A stretch of DNA of 64,000 nucleotides from Alkalispirochaeta sp. (GCA_965601925.1 OZ271854.1:3872001-3936000); one strand, 5' to 3'. Counted from the stretch's first letter, positions 19,127 to 30,320 are shown. The notes: a model not told the origin generated them from the sequence alone. Numbers and translations: made by a program.

Positions 19127-20818
19127 TCATTGGAGGGGTGCAAGGATTGCTCGATACGTGTAAAGCAAATCCATGTCAGGATTTACGTCGATTGCTCGGT
19201 CCACCACGATGCGCGCTCGTGCACCGTCGCCGGACAGACGCGCAAGCTCAGCTTCCAGTAGTGCAAGATGCACCGAGGCGCGTCTTCGGGTCTCCGAATG
19301 GCGAGCGCTCTCGCGATTCAATTGACGCCGAAACGCTTCGACGGCGTGTTCAGCCTCGTGTAACGGAAGGAAGCGCATCGCGAAGAGGGCGCGATTGTAC
19401 GCACCGGTCCACGACTCGTGATCGAGCAGGGACACGAGCTCCTCCGCCTCGGCAAGCCTACCCTGCTCCACCATGTGCATCAGATGCGCCGTCGCCGCCC
19501 AGCTCCCGGCGTCTGCGGTGTAACGACCCCTCAGATCGGATAGGCCCGCCGTGTCGTTGCGTGCGACAAGAAAGCGTGTGAGATAGTGGGCGACGATCGT
19601 CGCCTCGGGATGGTCGTTCAAATAGGACCACAGGTCGCTCTCGAGCCGTGCTACCGGCTCTCGCGTTCCCAGGAGTGCCCTCACCAGGAGCCAATTGCGA
19701 TCGCGTCGCATCGCCTCTGTGGCGGTCCCGATGACCGCCGGAGCGATAACTTCCGCCGCCTCCAGTCGACGACCACTCGCCGTGAGCAGGCCTGCAAGGG
19801 CGCCGCGAAGTTCGACCGACTGCGGATGACTCACAACGCCGGATCTGAGAATCGGAATGGGATCGCCGTCGCCGAGGCGTAGCGTGATGGCGCCGTCGTT
19901 GAGGTACGGAAGTTCCGCGAAATAGGGGTGTGCCGTGTGCACTTCCCGATAGAATCTCCGCGCCGCATCCAGTTGCCCCTGCTGCAGCATCCCCTCGCCT
20001 TGAATGAGGAGGATCGCCGGTTCCACGGCGCGCCGACCGGAGAGCGATGCGAGCTGTGCAAAGAGCCAATCGACGTCCTCCAGCCAGACCGCGAGATATA
20101 GTGGAGCCGATTCGTATTCCGGATCGGGCATCCGTCCCGAGCGCCTCAATTCGTCGACGGAGGTTCGGGCGACTTCGCGACTTCCGTCCCCGGCCGCCTC
20201 CAATGCCGCGTTTACGCCATACGCCGACACACCGGTCACTTCCCACGCGTCCCACAAGAGCTCCGCAGACGGCTCGCGCGTTGCACGCCCGACCGTCCTT
20301 AGGACGCCCATACCCTCCGGTGCATCGCCGAACGCTGCAAGTCGTTCGGCAGATAAAACCGGCTCGTCGATATCGAGAGCGGATAGGATGTGAAGGTATT
20401 GGCGAAGCTCTCCCGCCGCTTCGGGCGCTCCCAGAAGGTCACGCGCCTGCTCGTATTGGCCCAGGCGAATCATCGCAAACGCGGCGGCTTGAATCCACGT
20501 ATCATCGCGTGGAAAACGATCGGCGGCCAACAAGGTAACGTCACGTACGCTCGGCCATCGCTCATCGTCGGAGAGATTCCAGGCGAGCTGAGCGAGTTGG
20601 CGCCACTCAGGTGCACGGCGCGCAAAACGCGACGCATCGAGCAGTTGTTCGCGATCGGCGCCGCCGGCATCCATACGGCGCACGATGCGCCCGAACCAGA
20701 TCGAATCGCGGATGGAGGAGATCGATACGCCGATGACGAGCGAGGTGGCTATAGCCAGACCGAGCGCGGCACCGAAAAATATCAACGTCTTGTGTCGCGC
20801 GCTCCGGTACGGCACCAC
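19127..20818 (-). CDS. Membrane-anchored TPR-like helical repeat protein
   Basis: N-terminal TM segment, Ala/Leu-rich helical repeats; co-directional with nusB. Confidence 0.65.
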   Translation of the reverse strand: MVPYRSARHKTLIFFGAALGLAIATSLVIGVSISSIRDSIWFGRIVRRMDAGGADREQLLDASRFARRAPEWRQLAQLAWNLSDDERWPSVRDVTLLAADRFPRDDTWIQAAAFAMIRLGQYEQARDLLGAPEAAGELRQYLHILSALDIDEPVLSAERLAAFGDAPEGMGVLRTVGRATREPSAELLWDAWEVTGVSAYGVNAALEAAGDGSREVARTSVDELRRSGRMPDPEYESAPLYLAVWLEDVDWLFAQLASLSGRRAVEPAILLIQGEGMLQQGQLDAARRFYREVHTAHPYFAELPYLNDGAITLRLGDGDPIPILRSGVVSHPQSVELRGALAGLLTASGRRLEAAEVIAPAVIGTATEAMRRDRNWLLVRALLGTREPVARLESDLWSYLNDHPEATIVAHYLTRFLVARNDTAGLSDLRGRYTADAGSWAATAHLMHMVEQGRLAEAEELVSLLDHESWTGAYNRALFAMRFLPLHEAEHAVEAFRRQLNRESARHSETRRRASVHLALLEAELARLSGDGARARIVVDRAIDVNPDMDLLYTYRAILAPLQ

Positions 20819-21232
20819 CTACGCCCCGTCGGATCCCAATCGCTTGCGCATCCCGTCGAGAACGCCGTTGATAAAACGATACGCCTCCTCGGTCGACAGC
20901 TCTTTTGCCAGCTCGACCGCTTCGTCGATCGTCACCTGCGGCGGTATCTCCGGTTGAAAACGGAGGCTGTACGCGCCGACTCTCAGGATCGCCAGGTCCA
21001 CGCGCGCCAGCCGGTCGATATCCCAGTGCTCCAATTGATTTCGGATGAGGTCATCGACGGCCTCTCGCTCTTGGATAACACCCTGCACGATGAGACGTGA
21101 GAAGGTTAAATCCTCTCCACTCTCGTGTTCGTACCAGGGAAACGAAAGCAGGATTTTCTCGTCGGTATTTCCGACGTCCCAACTATACAATGCCTGTACG
21201 GCGAGGCGACGTCCCTTTCTGCGCGATGCCAC
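20819..21232 (-). CDS. nusB: Transcription antitermination factor NusB
   Basis: RRKGR..AVQALY, VDLAILR, IDEAVELAK, FINGVLD. Confidence 0.96.
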   Translation of the reverse strand: MASRRKGRRLAVQALYSWDVGNTDEKILLSFPWYEHESGEDLTFSRLIVQGVIQEREAVDDLIRNQLEHWDIDRLARVDLAILRVGAYSLRFQPEIPPQVTIDEAVELAKELSTEEAYRFINGVLDGMRKRLGSDGA

Positions 21233-21238
21233 CGACGG

Positions 21239-22288
21239 CTACCAGTCGAGGTTTTCCTCGAACCGTGTGATCTCCGCCTCTTCCTCGAGGCGTCGCAGCG
21301 TCGATTCGACGGATTGTTGGAAAATCTCCTGTTGTCGCAAGTTGAGTATGTAGGCCCTGATCTGGTCGCGCACCGTCACGTTCTCGCCCGGAAGCAACGG
21401 GTCGTCGAGATCGAGCAACCGCGGCGATCGTCGGTCGGTCACGCGAATGATGTGGAGCCCCGCACTGCTCTCCAAGACGCCGGAAACCTCTCCCTCCTCG
21501 AACTCGAACGCGCCGTCTACAAACTCGCGTCCGAGGCGCTGGAGCGCCTGCTGCTCTCCCCTGACCAGGTATCCGAAGTCGCCGCCGGCGTATCGCACGT
21601 CGTCGAGCGATTCCCTGAGCAACGTATCGAAATCGGCGGTCCCGCGCTCGACGCGGCGCGCGAAGGAGTCGGCCAGGCGACGTGTTTCACCCCGTTGCGC
21701 GTCGTCTTGGCCCCTGAGATCGAAGAAGAGGTGGTCGAAGCGCACCATCGCCGGGTTGGTGAACTGGCGCGCATTCTCTTCGTAGATCTGGCGGATCTCA
21801 CGCGTCGACGGTTCGGCGATTTCGCTGAACTGACCCTGAGACTCTTGGAGGATGAGTTTTTCCTGCGTGAGCCTGTTGGTGATTTCCTCAAGGTAGCGCT
21901 CCCAACTCAGCCCCATCTGATCCTGGACGATCTGGCGAAACTGGGCGTCCGAGACGGGCCGTCCGATCGACTGTCTCTGTGCCGTTACGGCTTGATCAAT
22001 TTCGGCTTGAGTGACGCGAACATTGGCACGCGCGGCCGCCTGATTGAGTAGCACGTCGCCGATCTGAGCATCCAGCACCTCGCGTCGGTTTTCGAGCGTT
22101 AGTTCGCCGCCCAGTTGACGCTCCAGGAGTTCGACTTGTTGGCGGAGCTCGCGTTGACCGATATTCACCGTTTCCGTGAGACGAACGATCGCCACCGGGC
22201 GATCCAATATTTGAGCGGATAGCAGCCCGCTTGAGATTACCATCAGAAAAAAGAACAAAAATCGAACAGATCCGATTTCACGTTTCAT
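21239..22288 (-). CDS. SurA/PrsA-like parvulin peptidyl-prolyl isomerase
   Basis: Signal peptide, SurA-N-like region, GGDFGY and SAGLHII parvulin motifs; start uncertain (22288 or 22315). Confidence 0.8.
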   Translation of the reverse strand: MKREIGSVRFLFFFLMVISSGLLSAQILDRPVAIVRLTETVNIGQRELRQQVELLERQLGGELTLENRREVLDAQIGDVLLNQAAARANVRVTQAEIDQAVTAQRQSIGRPVSDAQFRQIVQDQMGLSWERYLEEITNRLTQEKLILQESQGQFSEIAEPSTREIRQIYEENARQFTNPAMVRFDHLFFDLRGQDDAQRGETRRLADSFARRVERGTADFDTLLRESLDDVRYAGGDFGYLVRGEQQALQRLGREFVDGAFEFEEGEVSGVLESSAGLHIIRVTDRRSPRLLDLDDPLLPGENVTVRDQIRAYILNLRQQEIFQQSVESTLRRLEEEAEITRFEENLDW

Positions 22289-22301
22289 AGCATCAACCTT
22301 A

Positions 22302-23102
22302 TCATGCCGTTTCAAAATATCCGAGTTCCTGCTGTAACTTCTTGACGCCCGCCAAGTGTTGATCGAGGGTAAGACCCCGCTGTAGCGATCGGAACGCCGC
22401 GCGCCGATCTCCCTGTTGAAGATGCATTTCCGCCGCCTTCTTGTAGCAGAATGCCGTCTCTTTTCGTGGAAGATCCCAACCGATCATCTGGTTGAGACAA
22501 CTCAAGACCTCTTCCGGCGATGCGACATCGGGCATCTTGAAGCATACCACCGTTCTGAGGCGCTCGTACACGTCCTGCATGAAGTGGCGAAAATACGGCC
22601 GTTGTCGCTCAAAACGCACGATCGCCGAAAGGAGTTGAAAGGCCCTCCCGTATTCCTCGCGCGATTCGTACTCCTCGGCAAGCAGAAAGGCGCAGTCCAT
22701 GAAGTCTTCCCGACCGAGATACGCGGACAGCTCAAAATCTCCGGTAGCGACCAACGAATCGTAGATCTGGAGCGCCTCGTCGGGATTGTCATGCAACAGA
22801 TCGTAAAATACCAGCTTCGATTGCGACTCCTGGTCGTCGCGGCGGGAGCGTAGAAATTCAGCGTAGTCAAACTCGTGCGCACCGTCTCTTCGAATGCCGT
22901 GTATTCGATCGTAGTCCTCGCGCCGGGCCGGATCTCTGAGTATCTCCCACGCTATGACCAACGCCTTCATCCGCTCGACACTCTGCGGGTCGCCGTTGTT
23001 GAGGTCGGGATGGACGGCCTTTACTCGGCGGCGATAGGCGTCCTTGATTGTCTGCTGCGATGCGTCGGACGGGACACCAAGGATGTGATAGTAGGTGTTC
23101 AA
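22302..23102 (-). CDS. J-domain (DnaJ-type) protein with helical C-terminal domain
   Basis: YYHILGV..IKDAYR..HPD..AWEILRDP.RR..YD. Confidence 0.88.
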   Translation of the reverse strand: MNTYYHILGVPSDASQQTIKDAYRRRVKAVHPDLNNGDPQSVERMKALVIAWEILRDPARREDYDRIHGIRRDGAHEFDYAEFLRSRRDDQESQSKLVFYDLLHDNPDEALQIYDSLVATGDFELSAYLGREDFMDCAFLLAEEYESREEYGRAFQLLSAIVRFERQRPYFRHFMQDVYERLRTVVCFKMPDVASPEEVLSCLNQMIGWDLPRKETAFCYKKAAEMHLQQGDRRAAFRSLQRGLTLDQHLAGVKKLQQELGYFETA

Positions 23103-23104
23103 CG

Positions 23105-23515
23105 CTACAGTTTGAGGCGGCCCGCGATCATCGCCGCCTCCTCCCGGGATCGCAAAGTCTCGGAAAATCTTATAAAGAGCCCTTCGTGCTCCAAGGTCGC
23201 CATCAGCCTGCTCAACGCTTTTTGAGCGCCGAATGGACCGTTGGTAACGAAGGCGAAGCTCTTCTTTCCGCCGATCATGCCGGCGTTCGACAAGTACTCG
23301 GTGATTCGAGCGTCTATTTTACCGCCGAACAGCGACATACTCGCCGTACCGACGGCAATGTAACCGTACGCGGTGAGTTTGGTGTTGACGTCGCGATCAC
23401 CGTCGACTAAATCGACTTGGTGGCCGGCCTTCTCGAATCCGTCGACAAGTCCGCGGGCGATATCCGCCGTCGCCTCTCTTTTTCCGCCGCCGAAGAACAG
23501 TACCGCGACTCGCAT
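23105..23515 (-). CDS. Flavodoxin-fold protein with atypical FMN loop
   Basis: 'ADIARGL..AGHQVDLV..YIAVGT..GKKSFAF' pattern matches the flavodoxin topology. Confidence 0.6.
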   Translation of the reverse strand: MRVAVLFFGGGKREATADIARGLVDGFEKAGHQVDLVDGDRDVNTKLTAYGYIAVGTASMSLFGGKIDARITEYLSNAGMIGGKKSFAFVTNGPFGAQKALSRLMATLEHEGLFIRFSETLRSREEAAMIAGRLKL

Positions 23516-23521
23516 GGCACG

Positions 23522-23857
23522 CTACTCGCTGACGGCGTCCTCGTCGTCGGTGACCCACCACTCCACTACGTCGCCGGACTCCGATTCTTGGCGGCGTGCG
23601 GCCGCTTCAACGTCTCCGGAGTCGGGCGTTCGGTTAAGAAGCGCAAGACCGAAGGAACTGAGAAGAAACACGGCGGCGAGTACGCTGGTCGCACGCGTCA
23701 GAATGTTGCCGCTGCGATTGCCCACCTGTGACGAACTGCCGCCACCGAAGATGCCACCCAGACCGTCGCCGCCCTCGTCCTGCACCATCACGACGAGAAT
23801 AAGCAGAATCGCGGTGACCACAAATACAATCATTAACAGAATTCCAAAAAGACCCAT
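23522..23857 (-). CDS. secG: Preprotein translocase subunit SecG
   Basis: VMVQ..GDGLGGIFGGGSS..LTRAT; GAGGA SD before ATG 23857. Confidence 0.93.
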   Translation of the reverse strand: MGLFGILLMIVFVVTAILLILVVMVQDEGGDGLGGIFGGGSSSQVGNRSGNILTRATSVLAAVFLLSSFGLALLNRTPDSGDVEAAARRQESESGDVVEWWVTDDEDAVSE

Positions 23858-23864
23858 TACATCC

Positions 23865-24617
23865 TCACGTATCAAACTGCGCTATAGGTACAAAGGTATC
23901 AGCCTGTAAGGATGCACCACCGACGAGGGCTCCGTCAATATTCTCTTTGGCCATAAGCCCTTTGACATTGTTCGGTTTGACCGATCCGCCGTACTGGATT
24001 ACGACGCGTCCGGCGACCGGCTCGTCGTACAAGTCGGCCATGATGCCGCGTACCGCCGCGTGAACGGCATCCGCATCATCCGGAGTCGCCGTCTTTCCCG
24101 TACCGATCGCCCACACCGGTTCGTATGCGATCGTTATATTGCCGAGAGCGGCAGCGGGGACTCCCGCGAGCCCTCCGGACAGTTGTCGACGATTGATCTC
24201 ATCGACTCGCCCCGTCTCGCGCTCTTCCAGCGTTTCGCCGATACAGAGGACGACGTGCAAATTCTCCTCCAACGCCAACTTGACTTTGGCGTTAATGAGT
24301 TCGTCCGACTCGCCGTATACGTGCCGTCGCTCGGAATGGCCGAGCACGACGACCGTCGCCCCAACGTCCTTGAGCATCGCCGGCGATATCTCACCGGTAT
24401 GCGCGCCGCTGCGTTCGGCGGCCATATTCTGAGCGCCGACTTCGATCGGACTCCCCTGCAATACCGATGCCACGGTCTCGATACTCGTGAACGGCGGCGC
24501 GACCATGATGCGGTGCGTCGTATCGGTCAGTTGTCCCTTGAGCGCCGTAGCGAGTTCCTTCGCCTCGACGCGGGTCATGTGCATTTTCCAGTTGCCGGCG
24601 ATAAATGGTGTTCTCAT
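23865..24617 (-). CDS. tpiA: Triosephosphate isomerase
   Basis: AGNWKM, GHSERR, AYEPVWAIGTG, YGGSV, LVGGASL. Confidence 0.98.
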   Translation of the reverse strand: MRTPFIAGNWKMHMTRVEAKELATALKGQLTDTTHRIMVAPPFTSIETVASVLQGSPIEVGAQNMAAERSGAHTGEISPAMLKDVGATVVVLGHSERRHVYGESDELINAKVKLALEENLHVVLCIGETLEERETGRVDEINRRQLSGGLAGVPAAALGNITIAYEPVWAIGTGKTATPDDADAVHAAVRGIMADLYDEPVAGRVVIQYGGSVKPNNVKGLMAKENIDGALVGGASLQADTFVPIAQFDT

Positions 24618-24636
24618 TCCTCTTCTCCACTGAAAT

Positions 24637-24659
24637 GGCCCGACGTCTCGCGTCGGGCC
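24637..24659. terminator. Intergenic hairpin between pgk and tpiA
   Basis: GGCCCGACG-TCTCG-CGTCGGGCC, perfect 9-bp stem, only a short T run. Confidence 0.5.
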
Positions 24660-24676
24660 GATTTGAATATGGGCGC

Positions 24677-25855
24677 TTAGTCTTGAAGCGCCACGATTCC
24701 CGGGAGCGCTTTCCCTTCGAGAAACTCAAGAGAGGCGCCGCCGCCGGTCGATACGTGGTCCATCCGATCGGCAAGACCGAACTGATTCGCCGCGGCGACC
24801 GAGTCTCCCCCACCGACGACCGTAGTCGCATCGGCCTCGGCGATCGCCTCGGCAACCGCCTTCGTTCCGGCGGCAAAGCGTTCGAACTCGAAGACGCCCA
24901 ACGGGCCGTTCCACACGATGGTCCGTGCATCGCCGACCGCTTTGACCGCTGCGGCGATCGTCTTGGGCCCGATGTCGAGGGCCATCTTATCGGCCGGAAT
25001 GGCCCGTCCGTCAACCGCCTCCGCTGTCGCCTCGGCATCGAATGTCGCCGCAACGACGTGGTCGAGGGGTAGAATGACGTCGACCCCGCGCTCGGCCGCA
25101 GCGGCGAGAAAGCGACTCGCGGTATCTATGTAGTCCTCTTCGACCAAACTCGTGCCGACCTCGGTTCCCTGTGCTTTCAAAAAGGTGTAAGCCATGCCGC
25201 CGCCGATGATGAAGCTTGCACAGTTGGGAAGGAGGCTCTCCAGCACGGCAATCTTGCTGGACACCTTTGCGCCGCCGATGACGGCAACCATCGGTTTGGC
25301 GGGGGCGTCGAGTACGGGCTGAAAAAAGGAGATCTCCTTTTCGATAAGAAAGCCGGCGCACGAGGGAATGTGGTGCGCGACGCCCTCGGTAGATGCGTGG
25401 GCGCGGTGCGCGGTACCGAATGCGTCGTTGACGAACACATCGCCCAAACCGGCCAACTTCTCGGCAAACGCGGTGTCGTTATCGGTCTCCTCTTTGTAGA
25501 AACGAACGTTCTCCAAGAGGAGGATGCCGCCGGGCTTCAACTCCCGCGCCTTGGCTTCGACCGACTCGCCGATTACGTCGTCGGCGATCTCGACCGGTGT
25601 ATCGAGGAGTTCCGAGAGGCGCTCCCCCACGGGACGGAGGCTGAACTCGGGCTTTTTCTGCCCCTTGGGCCGCCCAAGATGACTCATCAAGATGAGATGA
25701 CAGCCTTGATCGAGAATGTATCGAATCGAAGGGAGTGCCGCGCGAATGCGCGTATCGTCGGTGATCTTCCCATCCTTGAGCGGCACGTTGAAATCGGCGC
25801 GCATGAGAACGCGCTTTCCGGTGATATCGGTATTCTTGAGGGTACGCAAACTCAT
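24677..25855 (-). CDS. pgk: Phosphoglycerate kinase
   Basis: RADFNVP, SHLGRP, LLENVRF, GGAKVSSK, GGGDS, STGGGA. Start MSLRTL at 25855. Confidence 0.98.
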   Translation of the reverse strand: MSLRTLKNTDITGKRVLMRADFNVPLKDGKITDDTRIRAALPSIRYILDQGCHLILMSHLGRPKGQKKPEFSLRPVGERLSELLDTPVEIADDVIGESVEAKARELKPGGILLLENVRFYKEETDNDTAFAEKLAGLGDVFVNDAFGTAHRAHASTEGVAHHIPSCAGFLIEKEISFFQPVLDAPAKPMVAVIGGAKVSSKIAVLESLLPNCASFIIGGGMAYTFLKAQGTEVGTSLVEEDYIDTASRFLAAAAERGVDVILPLDHVVAATFDAEATAEAVDGRAIPADKMALDIGPKTIAAAVKAVGDARTIVWNGPLGVFEFERFAAGTKAVAEAIAEADATTVVGGGDSVAAANQFGLADRMDHVSTGGGASLEFLEGKALPGIVALQD

Positions 25856-25882
25856 GTCGAACTCCGTTTGAATAGTGTGGGT

Positions 25883-25925
25883 CAAAAACGAAACGGCCCG
25901 AATGCTCGGTGGAACATCGGGCCGT
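25883..25925 (-). terminator. Probable leaky intrinsic terminator after gap
   Basis: Stem ACGGCCCGA..TCGGGCCGT followed on the minus strand by TTCGTTTTTG. Confidence 0.65.
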
Positions 25926-25941
25926 ATCTCGAACGGTTGTA

Positions 25942-27014
<1,073 letters not shown>

Positions 27015-29051
27015 TCAGCGCAGACGGAACAGCTGTTGCACTATTTCCCGGGCTTGTGACGTTTGTTCAAGAGTCGTGACGACCGTCTCCGCCTCTTCGC
27101 TGTCGTCGACTTCGTCTCCTTCGACATCGCTGTACTCCACGACATCTCCCACGGTCAGATTGTCGGCTCCGTCGGGGAGAAACATCACCTCGGCTACCAA
27201 ATCGTCGATTGCAACCACTTCGCCTTCGCCGAGGTCGTCTCCTCCCCGGCGAGAAAAGAACGTGACGCGCCCCTCCGGCGTCAGTCCGTCGGCGCCGCCG
27301 AGAGACACGAGAACGCGCTCGAATCGCCTATCGAGTACGTATCCGCGAGGAACGATCAAAGCCGATATTGCCGTGGACGCGCTACGCGCCACGCGGTCGA
27401 TTCTGCCGTTGCCGACCCCAACGAACGTGTCGTCCAGGAGGATTGCCGCGTCGTCGCTCCGCAAAATCTGTATGTCGACGACGACACGCCGCGCTCCCAG
27501 CTCAACGTCGATGAACCCTACGAGGTCGACGTCGTCTCGCCGCGCCGCCGCAACCGCCGCCGACCGTGATGACTCCGCGGTACGAGTATCGACAATAGTG
27601 AGATTTTGGGAGCCCCGCAGGAGGCTGACCGCATACTCGACTACATGATGTGCGGCATCGGGCTCGATCGTCGTTGCGCTTTGGCCCGCGTACAGCGCGA
27701 GAGTCGTGCGGGGACGTCGGGCGGTGAATTGGTCGACACCCCATTGCGATGCGGGCTCGTCGGCGGTACGTGCGGAGAAAATGCCGATCCTATCGTCAAG
27801 CTCCTGCCGAGGATAGGCCGCGACGTCCGCCGCCTCCCCTTCGCCGCTCAAGTCGCGGATCAGGAGCAACTCTTGGAGGTAGCGCGATTCCATATCTCGC
27901 TGTAAATACAGTTCTCCGAGATTCCGACGCAGTACGGCGTCGTAGGGGTTGATTTGCAACCCACGACGAAAATGTCGCTCCGCCTGTCGATTAAGAAAGC
28001 GTTCCTGAAGCGCCGTCCCCGATGAGCGGTACTGTAGCGCAGCCTCCCGCCGCCTCGGATCTTCAAGCGGAAACGCTTCCACCAGGGTGTTCTCCAGGGC
28101 GATGCGCGCCAATTCGTAGTCGGGACGGATGCGCAGTGACCGCTCCCAACTCCGCTGCGCCTCCTCGAAACGTCCGACCCTTGCCAGAAAGATCGCCCTC
28201 GCATACCAAGCGACATGGTTGTCGGGGTCGATTCGAATGAGCTCCTGATAATAGGCCAACGCCCGATCCGGCTCTCCGCGGCGATCCGCCGCGTGAGCGA
28301 GAATAAGCCACGCCTCGGCGAGGTTGGGAGCGAGGATCGTCGCGTTGCGCGCGTGGCGCTGTGCAGTGAGCATGTCGCCCGAATCGAAGGCGCTACGTGC
28401 GGCTACGAGTTGGATCGAGGCGTTGTCTCCGTGGTACTGCAGTGCGAGCGCTACGTAGCGTTGCAACGCCGCAGTGTCGCCACGACGGCGACTCGCCTCG
28501 ACGAGCGCCGCCAGGAGCTGCCGGTTCTCCGGATAGCGTTGCTCCAAGCTCTGAAGCGTTCGTACGGTGACGTCGGTGGGGCCGTCGGCAAAATCGAGTA
28601 TCGCGACGCCTACCAACGCCTGCTCGTTATACGGTTGGCGAACCAAGATGCGCTCATATGCGTCGCGGGCGCCCGCGACATCGCCGGAGAGCGCCGCCAC
28701 GCGCGCCTCCAACAAGTCGATATCGGCACCGGTGTGGCGTAGGGCACGGGCGCGGGCGAGCTGCGCGGAGGCTTGATCGAACTGCGACAGCCAGAGAAGC
28801 GCTTCGCCGAGGCGGACGTATGCCTCGGCGTACCGCGGATTCAACTCCACGATCCGACGCAAAGAGTCCGCGGCCGCGGCAATGCCGTCCTGATCGTAGC
28901 GCGCGATCGCGACTGATAGCTCGTTCTGCGTCTCGTCGAGGAGTGCCGGAACGTCGATCGGCTGCCGTTGCGCTCCGACGATTGCAACGGAGGCGGCGAC
29001 GAGCACGGCAACAAAGGGCGCACGCTCGGCGAGTCCCGTGTACCGCCTCAT
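27015..29051 (-). CDS. Exported multi-TPR protein
   Basis: Signal peptide; TPR signatures (NPRYAEAYVRLG, APNLAEAW, DPDNHVAWY, RPDYELAR); start uncertain. Confidence 0.8.
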   Translation of the reverse strand: MRRYTGLAERAPFVAVLVAASVAIVGAQRQPIDVPALLDETQNELSVAIARYDQDGIAAAADSLRRIVELNPRYAEAYVRLGEALLWLSQFDQASAQLARARALRHTGADIDLLEARVAALSGDVAGARDAYERILVRQPYNEQALVGVAILDFADGPTDVTVRTLQSLEQRYPENRQLLAALVEASRRRGDTAALQRYVALALQYHGDNASIQLVAARSAFDSGDMLTAQRHARNATILAPNLAEAWLILAHAADRRGEPDRALAYYQELIRIDPDNHVAWYARAIFLARVGRFEEAQRSWERSLRIRPDYELARIALENTLVEAFPLEDPRRREAALQYRSSGTALQERFLNRQAERHFRRGLQINPYDAVLRRNLGELYLQRDMESRYLQELLLIRDLSGEGEAADVAAYPRQELDDRIGIFSARTADEPASQWGVDQFTARRPRTTLALYAGQSATTIEPDAAHHVVEYAVSLLRGSQNLTIVDTRTAESSRSAAVAAARRDDVDLVGFIDVELGARRVVVDIQILRSDDAAILLDDTFVGVGNGRIDRVARSASTAISALIVPRGYVLDRRFERVLVSLGGADGLTPEGRVTFFSRRGGDDLGEGEVVAIDDLVAEVMFLPDGADNLTVGDVVEYSDVEGDEVDDSEEAETVVTTLEQTSQAREIVQQLFRLR

Positions 29052-29055
29052 CCGA

Positions 29056-29850
29056 CTACTCTTCGTCGTCGCCATCTTCCTCGGGCCGTACGACCACCTT
29101 CACGGTTCGGATCTTGTGGCCTTCCATCTCTTGAATAATGAAATCGAGGTTGCGATACGAAACCTTTTCAAACTTCACCGGAATCTTTCCGAAGAGCTCG
29201 AATACAAAACCCCCGAGGGTATCGTGGTCCTGCTCCGGTAGCTCGGTCTGAATACGCTCCTGAAGGTCCTCGATATTGACGCGGGCGTCGCACAGGTATA
29301 CGCGCTCGCCGATTTCCAGAATGTCCTCGCGCTCGTTGTCGAACTCGTCCTGAATATCACCGACGATCTCCTCGATAATATCCTCCATACATACCAACCC
29401 AGATACGCCGCCGTACTCGTCCACCGCCACCGCGATGTGAATGTGACGGCGCTTCATCTCGCGGAGAAGCCCGTCGAGGCGCTTGCTTTCGGGAACGAAA
29501 AACGGTTTGCGTACGATGCGCTCTATACTGATCTCTTCTCCGTTGGTGAGATACTGGAGAAGGTCCTTGGCGTAGAGCATCCCCACGACGTTGTCGATCG
29601 TATCCTTGTACACCGGAAAGCGCGAATGGCCGGTCTCCGAAATACGCGAGACGAACTCCTCTTTTTGCATATCGAGGCCGATGAATACGGAGTCGATGCG
29701 CGGTACCATGACCTCCTTCACCGTCGTCTCGGCGAGGGCGTGTATCCCTTCGATCATTTCCAGCGTCTCAGCGTTGTGAGCCGAGCCCGCGGATCGTTCG
29801 GTACCCCATAGGCGGCGAAAAAACGTCCGCAGTATCCCCTGCGATTTCAA
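29056..29850 (-). CDS. CorC/TlyC family CBS-domain protein
   Basis: VMVPR, GHSRFPVY, VDEYGG, EDIIEEIVGDIQDEFD, TLGG; no DUF21 TM domain. Confidence 0.9.
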   Translation of the reverse strand: MKSQGILRTFFRRLWGTERSAGSAHNAETLEMIEGIHALAETTVKEVMVPRIDSVFIGLDMQKEEFVSRISETGHSRFPVYKDTIDNVVGMLYAKDLLQYLTNGEEISIERIVRKPFFVPESKRLDGLLREMKRRHIHIAVAVDEYGGVSGLVCMEDIIEEIVGDIQDEFDNEREDILEIGERVYLCDARVNIEDLQERIQTELPEQDHDTLGGFVFELFGKIPVKFEKVSYRNLDFIIQEMEGHKIRTVKVVVRPEEDGDDEE

Positions 29851-30320
29851 AACACTCTCTCCTTGACGGTCGTTAATATGGTCTCCTGTAAACGAAGCAT
29901 TGGATCCGTTGCAAAGTCGGTGCCGTCGTGGTCGTGTCCGGCGAGATGCAGAATCCCATGTACAACGGTGCGACGCAGCTCTTCCTCTCCGGTGATACCG
30001 AGCTCTTCCGCCTGACGGTATACCTGCGCAACGTCGAGAACGATATCGCCGGCGACGGTACGGCCCCCTACGATCGGCGACGTATCGTCATCCAGAGCGG
30101 AAAAAGAGAGCACGTCGGTGACCTCGTCGCGCCCCCGATAGTCGCGATTAAGCGCCCGAATACGGTCGTCGTCGGTCAATAGAACGGAAAGCTCCCATCC
30201 CGACAGGTCGAGATGGTCGAGAACGGCGTGAGAAAATGCGACGAGGCCCGGTATCCACGATGGAGGCTCGATACTCTCACTCGCGACGTCGATCTGGTTG
30301 TCGTTATTCTCGGTAGTCAT
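29847..30320 (-). CDS. ybeY: rRNA maturation endoribonuclease YbeY
   Basis: LNRDYR..TDVLSF, GDI, HGILHLAGHDH. Confidence 0.95.
   Translation of the reverse strand: MTTENNDNQIDVASESIEPPSWIPGLVAFSHAVLDHLDLSGWELSVLLTDDDRIRALNRDYRGRDEVTDVLSFSALDDDTSPIVGGRTVAGDIVLDVAQVYRQAEELGITGEEELRRTVVHGILHLAGHDHDGTDFATDPMLRLQETILTTVKERVF

Noticed and set aside
29056..29850. 'Hemolysin' as a virulence factor
   Set aside because: Ordinary CorC/TlyC CBS protein in the common phoH-ybeY-corC context
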